This document shows, in pieces, positions 26,936 to 38,834 of a stretch of DNA of 64,000 nucleotides (within the stretch, counting starts at the first letter, position 1; every line of letters starts with the position of its first letter). The DNA is from Octopus sinensis (taxonomy: Eukaryota), in NCBI RefSeq assembly GCF_006345805.1, contig NC_043007.1, positions 73,594,001-73,658,000 of the forward strand. Reading direction: 5' to 3'. The translations under genes were made by a program, and so were the position numbers. The notes beneath the pieces were generated by a model that saw only the letters and a list, made by a program, of their open reading frames with translations, had not been told where the DNA came from and did not search any database.

Positions 26936-26996
26936 GATAACTGAAGAGCTGGCGGCGTGGATTTCCACCTCGGCATCCGAAACTCGGAGTTTTATT
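26936..26996 (+). ncRNA. Minimal type I hammerhead ribozyme-like motif (PLE terminal-repeat type)
   Basis: Stem I GATAA/TTATT; core CTGAAGA; imperfect extended stem II; GAAAC; near-palindromic stem III ACTC-G-GAGT; GUU triplet. A damaged inverted copy lies at 26873-26930. Confidence 0.6.
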
Positions 26997-27031
26997 ATGG
27001 CTGCTGAATAATTGTCACATATTACATTTAC

Positions 27032-27075
<44 letters not shown>

Positions 27076-27082
<7 letters not shown>

Positions 27083-27260
27083 GGGCATTACAATACATAA
27101 ATGCCTCACGCTAGGAGAGACTCTTAAAGTCAAAACTACCAAAATAAATATTATTATATATAATATTATATAAATATTATTTTGGTATTTATTTGTGTAG
27201 TTTTGACTTTAAGAGTCTCTCCTAGCGTGAGGCATTTATGTATAGTAATGCCCTTAATAT
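27076..27260. repeat. Inverted repeat, 64-bp arms with 1 mismatch, AT-rich spacer
   Basis: 27076-27139 versus 27197-27260. Confidence 0.9.
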
Positions 27261-27372
27261 GTATGAATATATTTAAGAGGAAAAATTGATGGATTTGTTC
27301 CTTATGATGTTTTTTTTTTCACACTAACTACTTCATAAATTCTTATAAAGATTTTATCCTATTTTTCAATTG

Positions 27373-27420
<48 letters not shown>

Positions 27421-27423
27421 ATA

Positions 27424-27812
27424 GGCGCAGGAGTCGCTGTGTGGTAAGTAGCTTGCTTACCAATTACATGGTGGTTCCGGGTTCATTCCCACTGCGTGGC
27501 ATCTTGGGCAAGTGTCTTCTACTATAGCCTCGGGCCGACCAAAGCCTTGTGAGTGGATTTGGTAGACGGAAACTGAAAGAAGCCCGTCGTATGTATGTAT
27601 GTATGTATATATGTGTGTGTGTGTTTATCCCCCTAGCATTGCTTGACAACCGATGCTGGTGTGTTTATGTCCCCGTAACTTAGCGGTTCGGGTAAAAGAG
27701 ACCGATAGAATAAGTACTAGGCTTACAAAAAATAAGTCTCGGGGTCGATTTGCTCGACCAAAGGCGGTGCTCCAGCATGACCGCAGTCAAATGACTGAAA
27801 CAAGTAAAAGAG
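27424..27812 (+). mobile_element. tRNA-derived SINE family A, full-length copy (CORE-like segment)
   Basis: A-box-like GCTGTGTGGTAA, B-box-like GGTTCATTCCC, then TTGGGCAAGTGTCTT, internal microsatellite and ...ACAAGTAAAAGAG tail. More than a dozen copies in the window. Confidence 0.85.
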
Positions 27813-27834
27813 TATATATATATATATATATTGG

Positions 27835-28291
27835 CATCCTTTCTCTTTCGGGAGACAATGGAGTTGCGCATGAAGTAGTCTAGTCCGGCTTTTATATTTC
27901 ATGTCCTGATGCATTTCCTGCTGTGGCTGTGTAGTCCTATCCTGGACAAACACTCCCTCTGGCAGGTACCGCAAATGTAGCGAAGACTGTTCCTGGCTGG
28001 TTGTAGTGCCATAGTCTCTTGTTTACGTCTCTTCCTTTCTTTCCATTTCTCCTCTCTCTCTCTGTCACTCCTTTGTATTCCCTCTTTTACGGTACGTCGC
28101 CATTCTCCACGGTTGCCGGCAACAGCCTCCCAACCGCTAATATTGATGTTGCAGGCCTTTATGTCTCTTTTGCAAACATCCTTGTAACGTAAGATCGGTC
28201 TACCCACAGACCTAGTACCCCTAGCAAGCTCTCCGTAGAGTATGTCCTTGGGGATTCTGTCATCTTTCATACGGCTAACATGCCCAAGCCA

Positions 28292-28296
<5 letters not shown>
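27835..28296 (-). mobile_element. RTE-clade LINE 3' fragment
   Basis: [24 protein letters not shown]...[14 protein letters not shown]...W...R..WR, with C-terminal [21 protein letters not shown] zinc finger; open frame, short 3' UTR, flanked by (TA)n. Confidence 0.9.
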
Positions 28297-28359
<63 letters not shown>

Positions 28360-28392
28360 CGGGAAGCTTTATGAAAATAGACAAAAGACGAA

Positions 28393-28447
<55 letters not shown>

Positions 28448-28450
28448 AAT

Positions 28451-28501
<51 letters not shown>

Positions 28502-29494
28502 TGGTGTCTTTCTTATAGCAGATGATCCTCTTCATATCTGCTGACTTTTCTCCAGTATTGTAGATATCACAAAGGGCGGTGCCCCAGCATGGCCACAGCT
28601 CATGAGCTGAAACTAGAATCAATCAATGTTGGAATGTTGGCTCTTGTCAGTTGGTTTTGTATTATCCTTTCTTTTACTAGCTGTTATTGTTTCTTTGTAA
28701 TATTTTCCTTCTGTCACCTCTTTTTCTCTGCTATTGCTTCAAGTTTTCGATTTCTTCTGTCACTCCCAGCTGTTGAATATCTCTTGACTCTATTGAGCTC
28801 ATCCACTCTTTGACACGTTCCGTTATTTATTCTTCAGGATGTCCAACGACAATCACTCTCCTTACCAATAAGGCTTGGTAGGGTTGCTGGCCAGTTTAGT
28901 CGCGCTTGGCCCAAGCATTCGACAGATTATACTGGGTTACACGCGCGCGCGCGCACACACACACACACACACGCACGCACACACACAGAGTAAAACTAGT
29001 CATCGCAGAAAACAAGTCATAAGTAGGTAGAGTTGTAGGTACATAATTTGAGACTGCCAGTAACAAGCTTCAATAAATAGTAAGATTTTGAAATCATTTG
29101 ATACGTACGTTTCAGGTTTGCGTAATATATGATAGGAGGTTCATCCATTATGTAAGCCATATTTTCGAAATGTTTTAACCGAGGAAAGTTTACGTAATAG
29201 ACGCGTTTCCTATCATATATTACGCAAACCCGAAATATACATATTAAATCATTTCAAAATTCGCTATTTTGATATCATCTCGTTAGGTTTTAAAACACGC
29301 CTGTTATCTCCAAGTAATCTTCAGGCTCTGGGCACATAGCCTATACAAGTTACAAACACTAGAACAAAAGAAATCACGAGAAAAAACGAGAAAGGTTAAA
29401 AGAAGAATTAGTTACCTCCCCATTAATCGTAGAGTCATAAGGCTTCATGGTGTAGAATCAACGAAGGAAGTTTAAAATCTGACAATACAAAAGC

Positions 29495-30440
29495 TCAATT
29501 CGGAGAGGAAGGTGTTCTCCAATTCACCAAAAGAAACTTGTCTATATGTTTGCATTTGCTGAAAATTTCTGATCTGGAATTCAACAGTGCAGTGGAATTC
29601 TTAGAAAAGGATATGCGATCTGGCATGGATTTTTGTACGATTTTCCACTTAAATGTACGAGGCGTGGAGTTGGTCTTGCAACTCCATATGTGACTAGTCA
29701 ACTTAGTGACTTTACTTTTGTCCATGTATCGGAAAGAAGATAGGTAGCTAGTAGAGCAACTTTTGTGCCACCTTCGCATAATTCGATGTAGTTCTTTTCG
29801 GTTAGGTTATCATGCAGCGCTGTCGTAACTTCTGCCTCATATATGACGGAGTTTATCATGCACCCCTGGTCGAGTGGACAAGTTCTGTTTGTATATGTAG
29901 GAAAGTTTCTCGTTTGGGCTTTTGATACGGTTTATAAGAGTGAGAGTTTAGATCAAGGGAAACATCTAAAAAAATTGGCGTTTGACAGGTTAGTAGTGAC
30001 AGTGATTTTTGAGGTCTAATTAGTTAAAGGTAGCGATGAGTTTTTTCCTAGATTTATCAAAAGTGTGACTATCACAGCCACGGGAAATTCCCAGTTCATT
30101 GTCTCAGTATAGACTAACATTGTGGAATAGGAACTTGGATCTCAATGTATTTAATATAAAACGACCTCAAAATCACAAATGTCAGCTCTGTCATACAATC
30201 CCATCGATAAATCGAACTATTAATTTGTATCGGCTTTTTTAGACCCATGCCGAGCCCTTACTATATAGAAGTGTTTTTCTCGGATGCACGATAAAGTCTA
30301 GATCTATATGGTCTATAGCAACATATATGTTTGCAAACTCAATCGCCTTATCAAGCAGTGATCTAGATATAGAGGGATAAAAATCTATAACATCGAACTG
30401 TGCAAATCTAACCTGTTGCTTATTGTGTGTGTAGTGATTG
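29495..30440 (-). mobile_element. Penelope-like retroelement (PLE), decayed and internally deleted: RT core plus C-terminal GIY-YIG endonuclease
   Basis: Hand translation with stops and frameshifts: FAQFDVIDFYPSISRSLLDKAIEFA; FDLSMGLYDRADICD; FLDVSLDLNSHSYKPYQKP; CPLDQGCMINSVIYEAEVTT...KNYI; LTSHIWSCK...FKWKIV...LLNSRSEIFSKCKHIDKFLL. Confidence 0.85.
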
Positions 30441-30819
30441 CTCCATCTTCACAGATGTACTTCCTGATTATCAATAGCATTTTTAACTTTCCGACCATGA
30501 TCTTTCAGATGACTATGCGGTCCCGTTACAGATCTGCATAGTTTGAAGCATAGGTGAGAAACGAAAGTTGTAATTTACTGTACGTTTCCAACTGGCTAGG
30601 TTTTCACACAGTGCCCACTCTTCCATCGCTATAGGACTTTTAGGGATGAAAATGAGTTCACCACAAAGAGACATTTGTACGTCATAGTATTATAGTTGTA
30701 AACACGTTTTCAACGAGTACCATTCACTGAGTCTCTGTGATTAGTACCTAGTGATAAGCCGAAGCGAGATGACCAATAATTACATGAAACTGCAGGTTTT
30801 GCATCAGAGGATTGTATAT

Positions 30820-32861
30820 ACTAGATACCTCAACGAAAAGGCTCTATACAGAGATGACACCTTAGCCATCTCTAGAGACGCTACCAGGCATACTCTAGAT
30901 AAGCTTAGGAAGGACTTAGTTCGCATCCTTAACTCCCATGAACTCAAGATTACAGAGAGAGAGATAGAATGATGTTGTAAGGGACAGAATTAGAGCTAGA
31001 GAGAATTGTAGGGTGTTGTCTCACAGTTGCTTTCTCCCTCCGACCAAGGTTGGTCAGCCAGACCGCGAACTGATTTTTGCTTGGGATGTTCTTGCTTATA
31101 TAACTATCCAGAAGGATAGATGTATCATTGAGAACAATGGATTTAGTTGGTGGTCTTGTTATCTCTATTCTAGCTTTTGGTGAAGTAGAAGAGGTTAGAA
31201 AGGGTCAAGTGGTGAAGACATTATTTCGGCCTAGCTAAAGGCATCTGGAAAATGTAAAACTACTGTCAGAAAAAACCCATTATTCCATCGTGGGAAAAGT
31301 TCTGTTGCAGTGTTAATTTAAATTTGGCTATGGTGGATCGAATCTGACCTTACCATTGTTAACTTTTTGACGTTACATTAAACCTGGGTACCGGTTCATA
31401 TTGACCCCGCCACAAACTAAAACGAAAGGCTGTCGTACTTTAACGCAGCCTCTTGCCATCCACCTACGTGTTCAAGAACCTAGTGAAGGGTGTCAGTACG
31501 AAGATTTCGAACCTGTATTTCAGTAAAGAAATTTTCGACTCTGCAGATCCTGTTACAATGAGGCTTTGGCGTCCAATGGGTTCAAGGACCGCATCTACTA
31601 TATGCCGGGTCTTAACACCCACAAAAGGAAACGGTACTGTAAAGTCGTTTGGTTATTCCCACCCTTCTCACTCAATGTTAAAACTTGCGTGAGAAGGATA
31701 TTTTTTAGATTACAGGACGAACACTTCACAGTCACATAGAATCGGTCGTTTGTTTACTAGACACAAGTTAAGGATTTCTTTCAGTTATGTGCACAGCGTT
31801 AAGAAATATTACTGAGTAGCCCTAAACCATACGCAGAGTGCTCCTAAAGCATACGCAGAGGTTGGATGCTCATGGAGGGTTAATGAATACCCAGTGAGCG
31901 GCTGCGTTGGCGGTAACAACAGCAACGGCGCCAACAACACACCCGCTCATAACAACAACAGCAACCGTTCAAGAATTTGGACCTGGAGATCTCCATTTCC
32001 AGCGACTTCGAAGGCCACCTCCCAGTGGTGTCGGGCGTCAACGAAGAGCCCTCGACTACAACAAGACGTCCAAAGTTTTTTTTCTTCCCAAGGTCTGGGG
32101 TCTCCCGCCTCTAAGCCCTAGACCATCACCTAATCACCCATACCCGTCTTGTTGCTTAACAACAACAACAACAATAACAACAACAACAACAACAACAACA
32201 GCAACAACAGCAACAACAACTACAACAACAACAACAACAGCAGCAGTAGCATCAACAACAACCGCGACGGCTGCGGCGGCAGTTACGCCGGTAGTGCGTC
32301 AAGAAGCAGCGGCAGCTATGGTAGCAATAACAACAGCTACAACGGCACCAACAATGTGTCCGGCAGGGGCAGCAACTCCGGCACATATATCGCGTGCAGC
32401 AATAACAGCAACAATGGCAGCAATACTAGCAGCAGTAGCACCGCTACCGGCAACGGATTCGGCATGTGACAACAGCACCGGCAACGATAACGATGCAACA
32501 ACAGCTGTAATACTACAAGCACAAGGGCACAGACACAGAAATACACTGGATCTACAGTGGCCCGTTCAAGTATCGTCTTTGCAACCACAGATCCTCCTTG
32601 TGGATACCAGTGAGGAGCAACAGCTTGTCCCTGGTCAACAACGTATAGCTTTTAATAGAGGAAGGTACGTCATACGTAATTAAATGAAGGCTCCAAGAAC
32701 AACCAGGGCCGTGCACCAACGGGAGCAAACGATGTAAGCTTTGCTTGGTCGAAAGAGCAAGAATCCTGAAAGAATCATTTGATGCGGAGACCTTTTTAAA
32801 CTTAAGAAAAGGGATATTTAGCCATTGCCTTCATCGGAGGAAATTCGTGTTGGAAACATAA
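30820..32861 (+). mobile_element. Second Penelope-like retroelement, decayed: RT C-terminal half, linker, Asn-rich insert, GIY-YIG endonuclease
   Basis: ALYRDDTLAI...DKLRKDLVRILNSHELKIT; about 390 bp of unrelated insert; VNF/DVTLNLGTGSY; VVWLFPPFSLNVKT...RISFSY; (AAC)-rich tract; then KYTGST/PFKYRLCNHRSSL...RCKLCLVER...FLNLRKGIFSHCLHRRKFVL-stop. Confidence 0.85.
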
Positions 32862-35273
32862 TTTGCAGGGTAGAGAAAAGTTGACGGCAAAAATGGAACC
32901 GATCTAAGGGAGATAACTCCGCCTCGTCCAAGGTTTTGGACAGTAAAGTTTCGTACCGGAAATTTTTATCTACAAAATTAACTGACCACAACGTTTGTTT
33001 TAACACAATTAAATTTTTTTTTTAAATATTGATATCTCCATACATACATATTTATTTGCTATTAACACAACATGGACGTTTTTTAAAACAATATATTGAA
33101 GTGTATTTTGAAAGCAAACGTAGTCTTGCTGCCTAAAGAAACTGCGTTCTTCGTAGCCTGGTTTAGATAAGAAGCTGTCTAATAAGGCGGCGAGCTGGCA
33201 GAATCCTTAGCACGCCGGGAAAATTGGTTAACAGCATTTCGTCCGTCGCTACGTTCTGAGTTCAAATTTTGCCGAGGTCGACTCTGCCTTTCATCCTTTC
33301 GGGGTTGATTAAACTAAATACCAGTTGAGCACTGGATTCGGTGTAATCGATTTAGCCCCTCTCCAAAGCTGCTGGCCGAGGGCCAAAACGTGAAACCAAT
33401 ATTTTGGCATGTTTTAATTCCTCGCATCACTAAGTTTAGTGATGCAGCAATCAAAATCGCAAGATTCCCGGATCGGGCGGTGCGGTGTGTTCTTGAGCAA
33501 AAGATTTCATTTCACGCTGCTCCAGTCCTGTAAACGAATTATCCTTCGACGGACTGGTATCCCGTTCAGAAGCAATGTTGTGATCTCGGTCACTTATACG
33601 CCATGGAAATCGTGTAACTGGCCCCATGAATTCTGGGACAGTAATTTCTTCAGCTCTATCCCGTTGATGCTGATAAAAGAAACAAGCAGCCCATAGCGTA
33701 CACTAGTCTTTATTGAAAACAATAATCTGATATAATTTAGATAATTAAATAATTATATATATATATAACACGTACGTATATACTACATACATAATACAAA
33801 ACCACATTAAAATCCAAATCCCAAATCGAAAACACAAATATGAGCAAAAAAAAAGGGAAAAGAAGAAAGAAAAAGAATGAAAAAATTTCTTCAATTGGTC
33901 GCAAACCACTAGGTTCAAAGGAGCCTACTGAAGCAAGCCAATACACTCAAGGCATTACTGCAGTGGGTAGAGAGGCTAAAGCGTTTGAACAGTCAATGCC
34001 CTCTTTCCTGACATATCGGTAAGGCGAGCCGCCAAATGTTCTTTAGTGCAGGCAAGCGTAAATTATTTTGTATATTTTTATTAGTCTAAGGGTAAAGAAA
34101 AATTACTAATATATAGAGTTCCGCATGAAAATTGTGTCGCATCACAGCACCCCGATACAACACTACTGAATGTTTGATATTTCGCTAAGACGAAAAGAAC
34201 TGGAAAATAATAATTGGGTACATGTATATTTATGTATTTTGTAATTTTCATGCATTAATTTGCAATTTTGCCTTTGAAAATTTTGCTTTAAACACAAGAG
34301 AAATATTTTGTTGTCTTAAGAGAGTCATTACGCCAATAACAATAACACAAAATTTGTTTCAACACACGGTTTTATTTCAAGAATCTTGCAAACCAAAGAA
34401 AGAAATGAACAAGAACGAAAATAATCTCAAGGGAAATAATTAAGGATTGCATAAATTTCACTTGTTTCTAAAAGAAATAAGTTACGTCCCATTATTTCAA
34501 TTTTTTTTCTCCGGTGTACATATTTCAACAACGTACATGTTGAAAAGATTAAGCGTTTGCGCTCGAGTAAATCTATATTAAAAAAGAAAAAGGAAGAATT
34601 GCTTTGAGATTTTTGTCATGGATAAAAAGAAGAAAATATTTAGATTTTTATCAAATGTGTCATCTGTTTCAGTTGCTTAAAAAAAATGAAGAAATGATTT
34701 AGTCATGCTGAAATATAAAGAAAAATAAATTGAAAAAAATTGAATCAATTTTTCATGATATCAGTTCTGAAGTTCACATGTTTTTTCTTACAGAAATCAC
34801 ATTATACTGGTGGCTGGTTTCCTTCTGATTGTTGCTGGGACCCTAATTGCTCTTTGAGGGGCTATAGTTAATGCTACATTATTGTATACAAATGTAGTTA
34901 CTACCACACACTATAAATCCTGTAACAACCAAATGTACCTGGCTAGGGCTGTGGCATTTTGTCTCTCTGGGTTATTGAAGGTCTTAGAACTATTGCATCT
35001 GATCGTAAAGCTGTATCACGGAGTGCAGCATAAACTGTCCAGCAGTCGTCATGATAGAACACTAGCCACTAAACCTTTTAAATTTCTCTCTCTATTTATT
35101 TCTGTGTTATTTTCTGTTGAAGAGCGTAGGCTCGAAACGTAAAAGACTTTCTTACTTCCCGAGCGTTAAATTAATACATCTATTTGTTGTTTACACACCC
35201 GTCTTCGTCTTTTGTTTTTTTTTTCGTAAATTCTCACTATGTATGTATGTGTGTATGTATGTATGTATGTATG

Positions 35274-35306
<33 letters not shown>

Positions 35307-36059
35307 GTATTTGTGTTTCTATGACTTGATATAGCGCACGAGGCAAACATACAAGCGGTGTTGTTGGCAACATTCAAAACATGTTCGGCCACTGAACTAT
35401 TGGTGTCCAAATGATAAGGGAAAATATTAACTTGCCCGGAAGCAGATGAGGACCGGTGGCAGAAATAGCATCTGCTCATAGAAAATTTGCTTGACTTCTC
35501 CCTTGGGGCAATTCTTATTGACATCCATCCTCCATTCAAATCATCGGCCTCCCACCACTCACATTAGTTACTGACCGCCTTACCCTATTTACCATTGACT
35601 ATTTTCATCACCGATTTTTCTCTAAGCACTTTCGCTCTTATTTCTATTCATTATTTCTCCCCTCTCTGCAACTTTTGCCCAGCTTTCCTGATTCTGTTAC
35701 CACACTCTTCTATTCGTCCTTTTGGTCATGTTATCTCGACGACATGCTCTGACTCCTTGTCACCATCATCTTTATCTCTCTTTCGTGCCCCATTCCATCC
35801 ATACACATATAATGCAGGGTAGCTCTGAATCTCCTCCTACTCAACCAACCCTATTAGTCTTTCCTATCAATCTCTGTTTCTTTCTCTTTTACTCACTCGC
35901 CCCTAGCAGTATTTCTGCTATTACTCCCTTCCTTAACATCCCTAAAGTCAGTATCTCCACTATCACTCCTTCGCAGCAATAAACCTGTACTTTTCCCACC
36001 ATACTCCACCAACTTCTCTATATCTTAATCAAAGTCATCATCCTCTCTCTCTCTCTCTA

Positions 36060-37940
36060 TCATCTCCCTCTCAGGAATTTAGCATGGTGAAGTAAGATGA
36101 AAAATATGTTCGAATCGGGACTTCTCACGCGAACGGATTTGCATCTCTGTTCTTTGGCAAACATACGATACAGGATCACACGCGTGCCAGTTTCTTTCTG
36201 TGAAGATTCGGGAGTGTATTTCTTGACAGAATGTGTTACGTCCATCCGATGTCAACTGATAAGCTTTTACTTCACATACCAGTACCATCTCATGTCCAGA
36301 GAGAATGTTGGCAGACACCTCACTCCTCCAAGTTGAGAGCAAAAGTTGAATGAACTGTCTTGTTCTCATCGTTTGCAAGAAAGACTTTCCAGTCTTTCGG
36401 ACGCTTTGTTTTCTCACCACTCAGGATGAATTTATCTCTAACACCTCATCTGTTTCGTTCCACCCCTTTTACAGAATCTTCCATGTACGTGTCAATGTAC
36501 AGGTGACAGGTGAAGAGCAGATCCCAACACCTTACGAGATATTTCCCCGAATGTTTGTAGAATCTCACGCGAGGAATAGAACACTACATTTCCATCCTCT
36601 ATGATGAAGCTCTGTCTTGGATCAGGTAACTATGCATCATCGCATTCTTTCACAACATGTTTGAAGCCTTTCGATTTGTCTGCTTTTGCTAAAAACCCGT
36701 CAGCCAATCCAATGATGTATGGAACAGGCGTCAATGGGTAGGTTAATAGTTTGTCAAGGTCACGTTTCTGTCCATCTGTGCTTGAGACTTCACTAGTAAG
36801 TGAAATGCTATGTCTCCCTGCTGCTTGTACTTGACAACTTTGTTGTGAGAAGTTGAGTTTCACGGACTTGTGTATGTGTGCCATAGTTTTCAAATTTGGG
36901 CGATTAATAGGATCAAAGAAGCCAACCTTCTTCATTAATCTGCTTTCTATGAAGTCCTTCTTTTGCTAGCCTACCAGCAGTCTCAGCAGTGAGGACGTCC
37001 TTCGCAACTTCTGAAGCCGGAGCGTCGGATGATAGATTGTACAACTTTCCATTATCTGGCATGTTGAAAGGGTTGTTGAAGCACTTGATAGCTGCAATGG
37101 TCCTTGAGACATGTTTCTCGCTGGTCGCAATTTCACAAGGGCGAACATCCCGATGTTGTAGTCCTTTGTCTTCGTCATCAGACATTCTCGCTAGACAAAA
37201 TGTAGCCTGAAGGAATTTGGCTCGTTTTTTTACCTAACTTTGTCCATCTTTGATAGGCACTGCTAATGCCCGCTCCAGCCAAGCCACTTCCACCTTTTGA
37301 TTTTGCATGTTTCATAGAAGCTTCTTCGATAGTTTTGTTGACAGCACACCTATTTCCTCGAATAAAAGCTCTCGCCACACTGACTGCACATCTCTTTAAC
37401 AGATTCTCCGCACCGGGATGACAATGTTCAATGTTGGCAATAAACATCGAAAAGAATGGGGCATAGTTGTGTCCTCTGAAGCTGAAGAAGAGGTCAGGCA
37501 TACGGCAGAGGAACTGTGCATATACTGTAAAGTTGTTTGTCTTTACAGCTTGTAGAAGGCATATTGTCAGTCAAACATGATCAATGTATGACATCCAAAG
37601 CGCAGCAGTCTTTCCATGTTGGCCTGAGCGAATGGTCTCACGGAAATGGAGGTATTCCTCAATGTATGAACTAATTTCTTGATCATTCAATGCTGCATTT
37701 TCCTTCTCTTTGCTGGGAGATGTTACGAATCTCTCAATACAATCCCTGGAAGACATCGGTAGCTTTCCAAATGGTACTTCTTCATCCCGATTTTGTAGAA
37801 AACAAGCCAGCACCAGTCTCTCGAGGGCTTCCATCAGACCTTTGTGACAATTAAGTGTGCTGTAAAAGTGGGCGTGGTCAAAAAGTCCATGGGGATATCT
37901 TCCAACCCAGTTTTTTTTTTCTGGCAACATCAATTTTCTG
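36060..37940 (-). mobile_element. Decayed large DNA transposon coding remnant, Academ (AcademX)-like transposase plus XPG/PIN-like nuclease
   Basis: Collinear frameshifted ORFs: GKTAALWMSYIDHV; LFFSFRGHNYA...NKTIEEASMKHAKSKGG...AYQRW; CFNNPF...LYNLSS; LLTYPLTPVPYIIGLADGFLAKADKS; SSQKETGTRVILY...VRVRSPDSNIFFILLHHA (eroded EEADTR...SxDTD). Superfamily assigned from motif recall. Confidence 0.65.
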
Positions 37941-38304
37941 ACTTGTGAGACTCAGGGCTACATGAAATACCCATTAAAGTAAATTACAAGCAAAGCGCCA
38001 TGACCCGCCTCCACTAGCCCATGGCCTATATCTATAAAAGGCCAACGCAGTTTTGTCTTTATGTGCGATAATAAAATCTTCTGTTAAATATTTGTGGTTA
38101 TTGTTCAGTTGCTTCTACACGCAGCCCAAGAAACATATTTTCATTCATCAAACTCAATCAGTCACCATTACAGACCTGCCAACAACAACAACATCCAGGT
38201 AACACTCTAATGCTCTAGTAACTTTTCCTGAATGCAGCGTTGCTGAAATTAAGGGTGCATCCAATGTGCCCGTGCGTCTTCTGTGTCATTAAATACGCTA
38301 CATG

Positions 38305-38484
38305 TTTCGTCTGCCGTTACGTTCTGAGTTCAAATTCCGCCGAGGTCGACTTTGCCTTTCATCATTTCGGGGTCGATTAAATAAGTACCAGTTAATCACT
38401 GGGGTCAATGTAATCGACTTAATCGCCATGTCTGTCCTTGTTTGTCCCCTCTATGTTTAGCCCCCTGTGGGCAATAAAGAAATA
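38305..38484 (+). mobile_element. SINE family B, 5'-truncated copy with target-site duplication
   Basis: Matches the 3' part of the 49661 copy. Direct repeat AAATACGCTACATGTTT at 38291-38307 and 38485-38501. Confidence 0.85.
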
Positions 38485-38834
38485 AAATACGCTACATGTT
38501 TATTGTGACATTTTTAACCATACCACCATATTTGTGCTTCGAGAATGTGTGTTAAGAAGTTTTCTTCCCAACCACATGGTTCTAAGTTTAGTCCCACTGC
38601 GTGGTACCTAGGGCAAGAGTCTTTCACAGTGGCCTAGGACCAACCAAAGCCTTGTGAGTGGATTTAGTCGAAAGAAACTGAAAGAAGCTTGTCGGGTGTG
38701 TTTCTCTCCATCACCTCTTGACAATCGTGCTGTTTTTTTTTTTAAATTCCCGTAACTTGGCGGTTCGGCAAAAAAGACAGTTGAAATCAGTTCCAGGCTT
38801 AAGAAATGAGGGTTAATTTCCGCCGAACGGAAGG

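Noticed and set aside
31907-32683. 258-aa Thr/Ala-rich, mucin-like ORF
   Set aside because: Alternative frame of the (AAC)n tract inside a Penelope-like element; no signal peptide or splice context.
32640-32690. In-frame TAG and TGA in the PLE endonuclease as possible selenocysteine or read-through
   Set aside because: Both fall where the neighbouring PLE has Trp (HIW, KWK), consistent with TGG decay in a frameshifted copy; no SECIS recognised.
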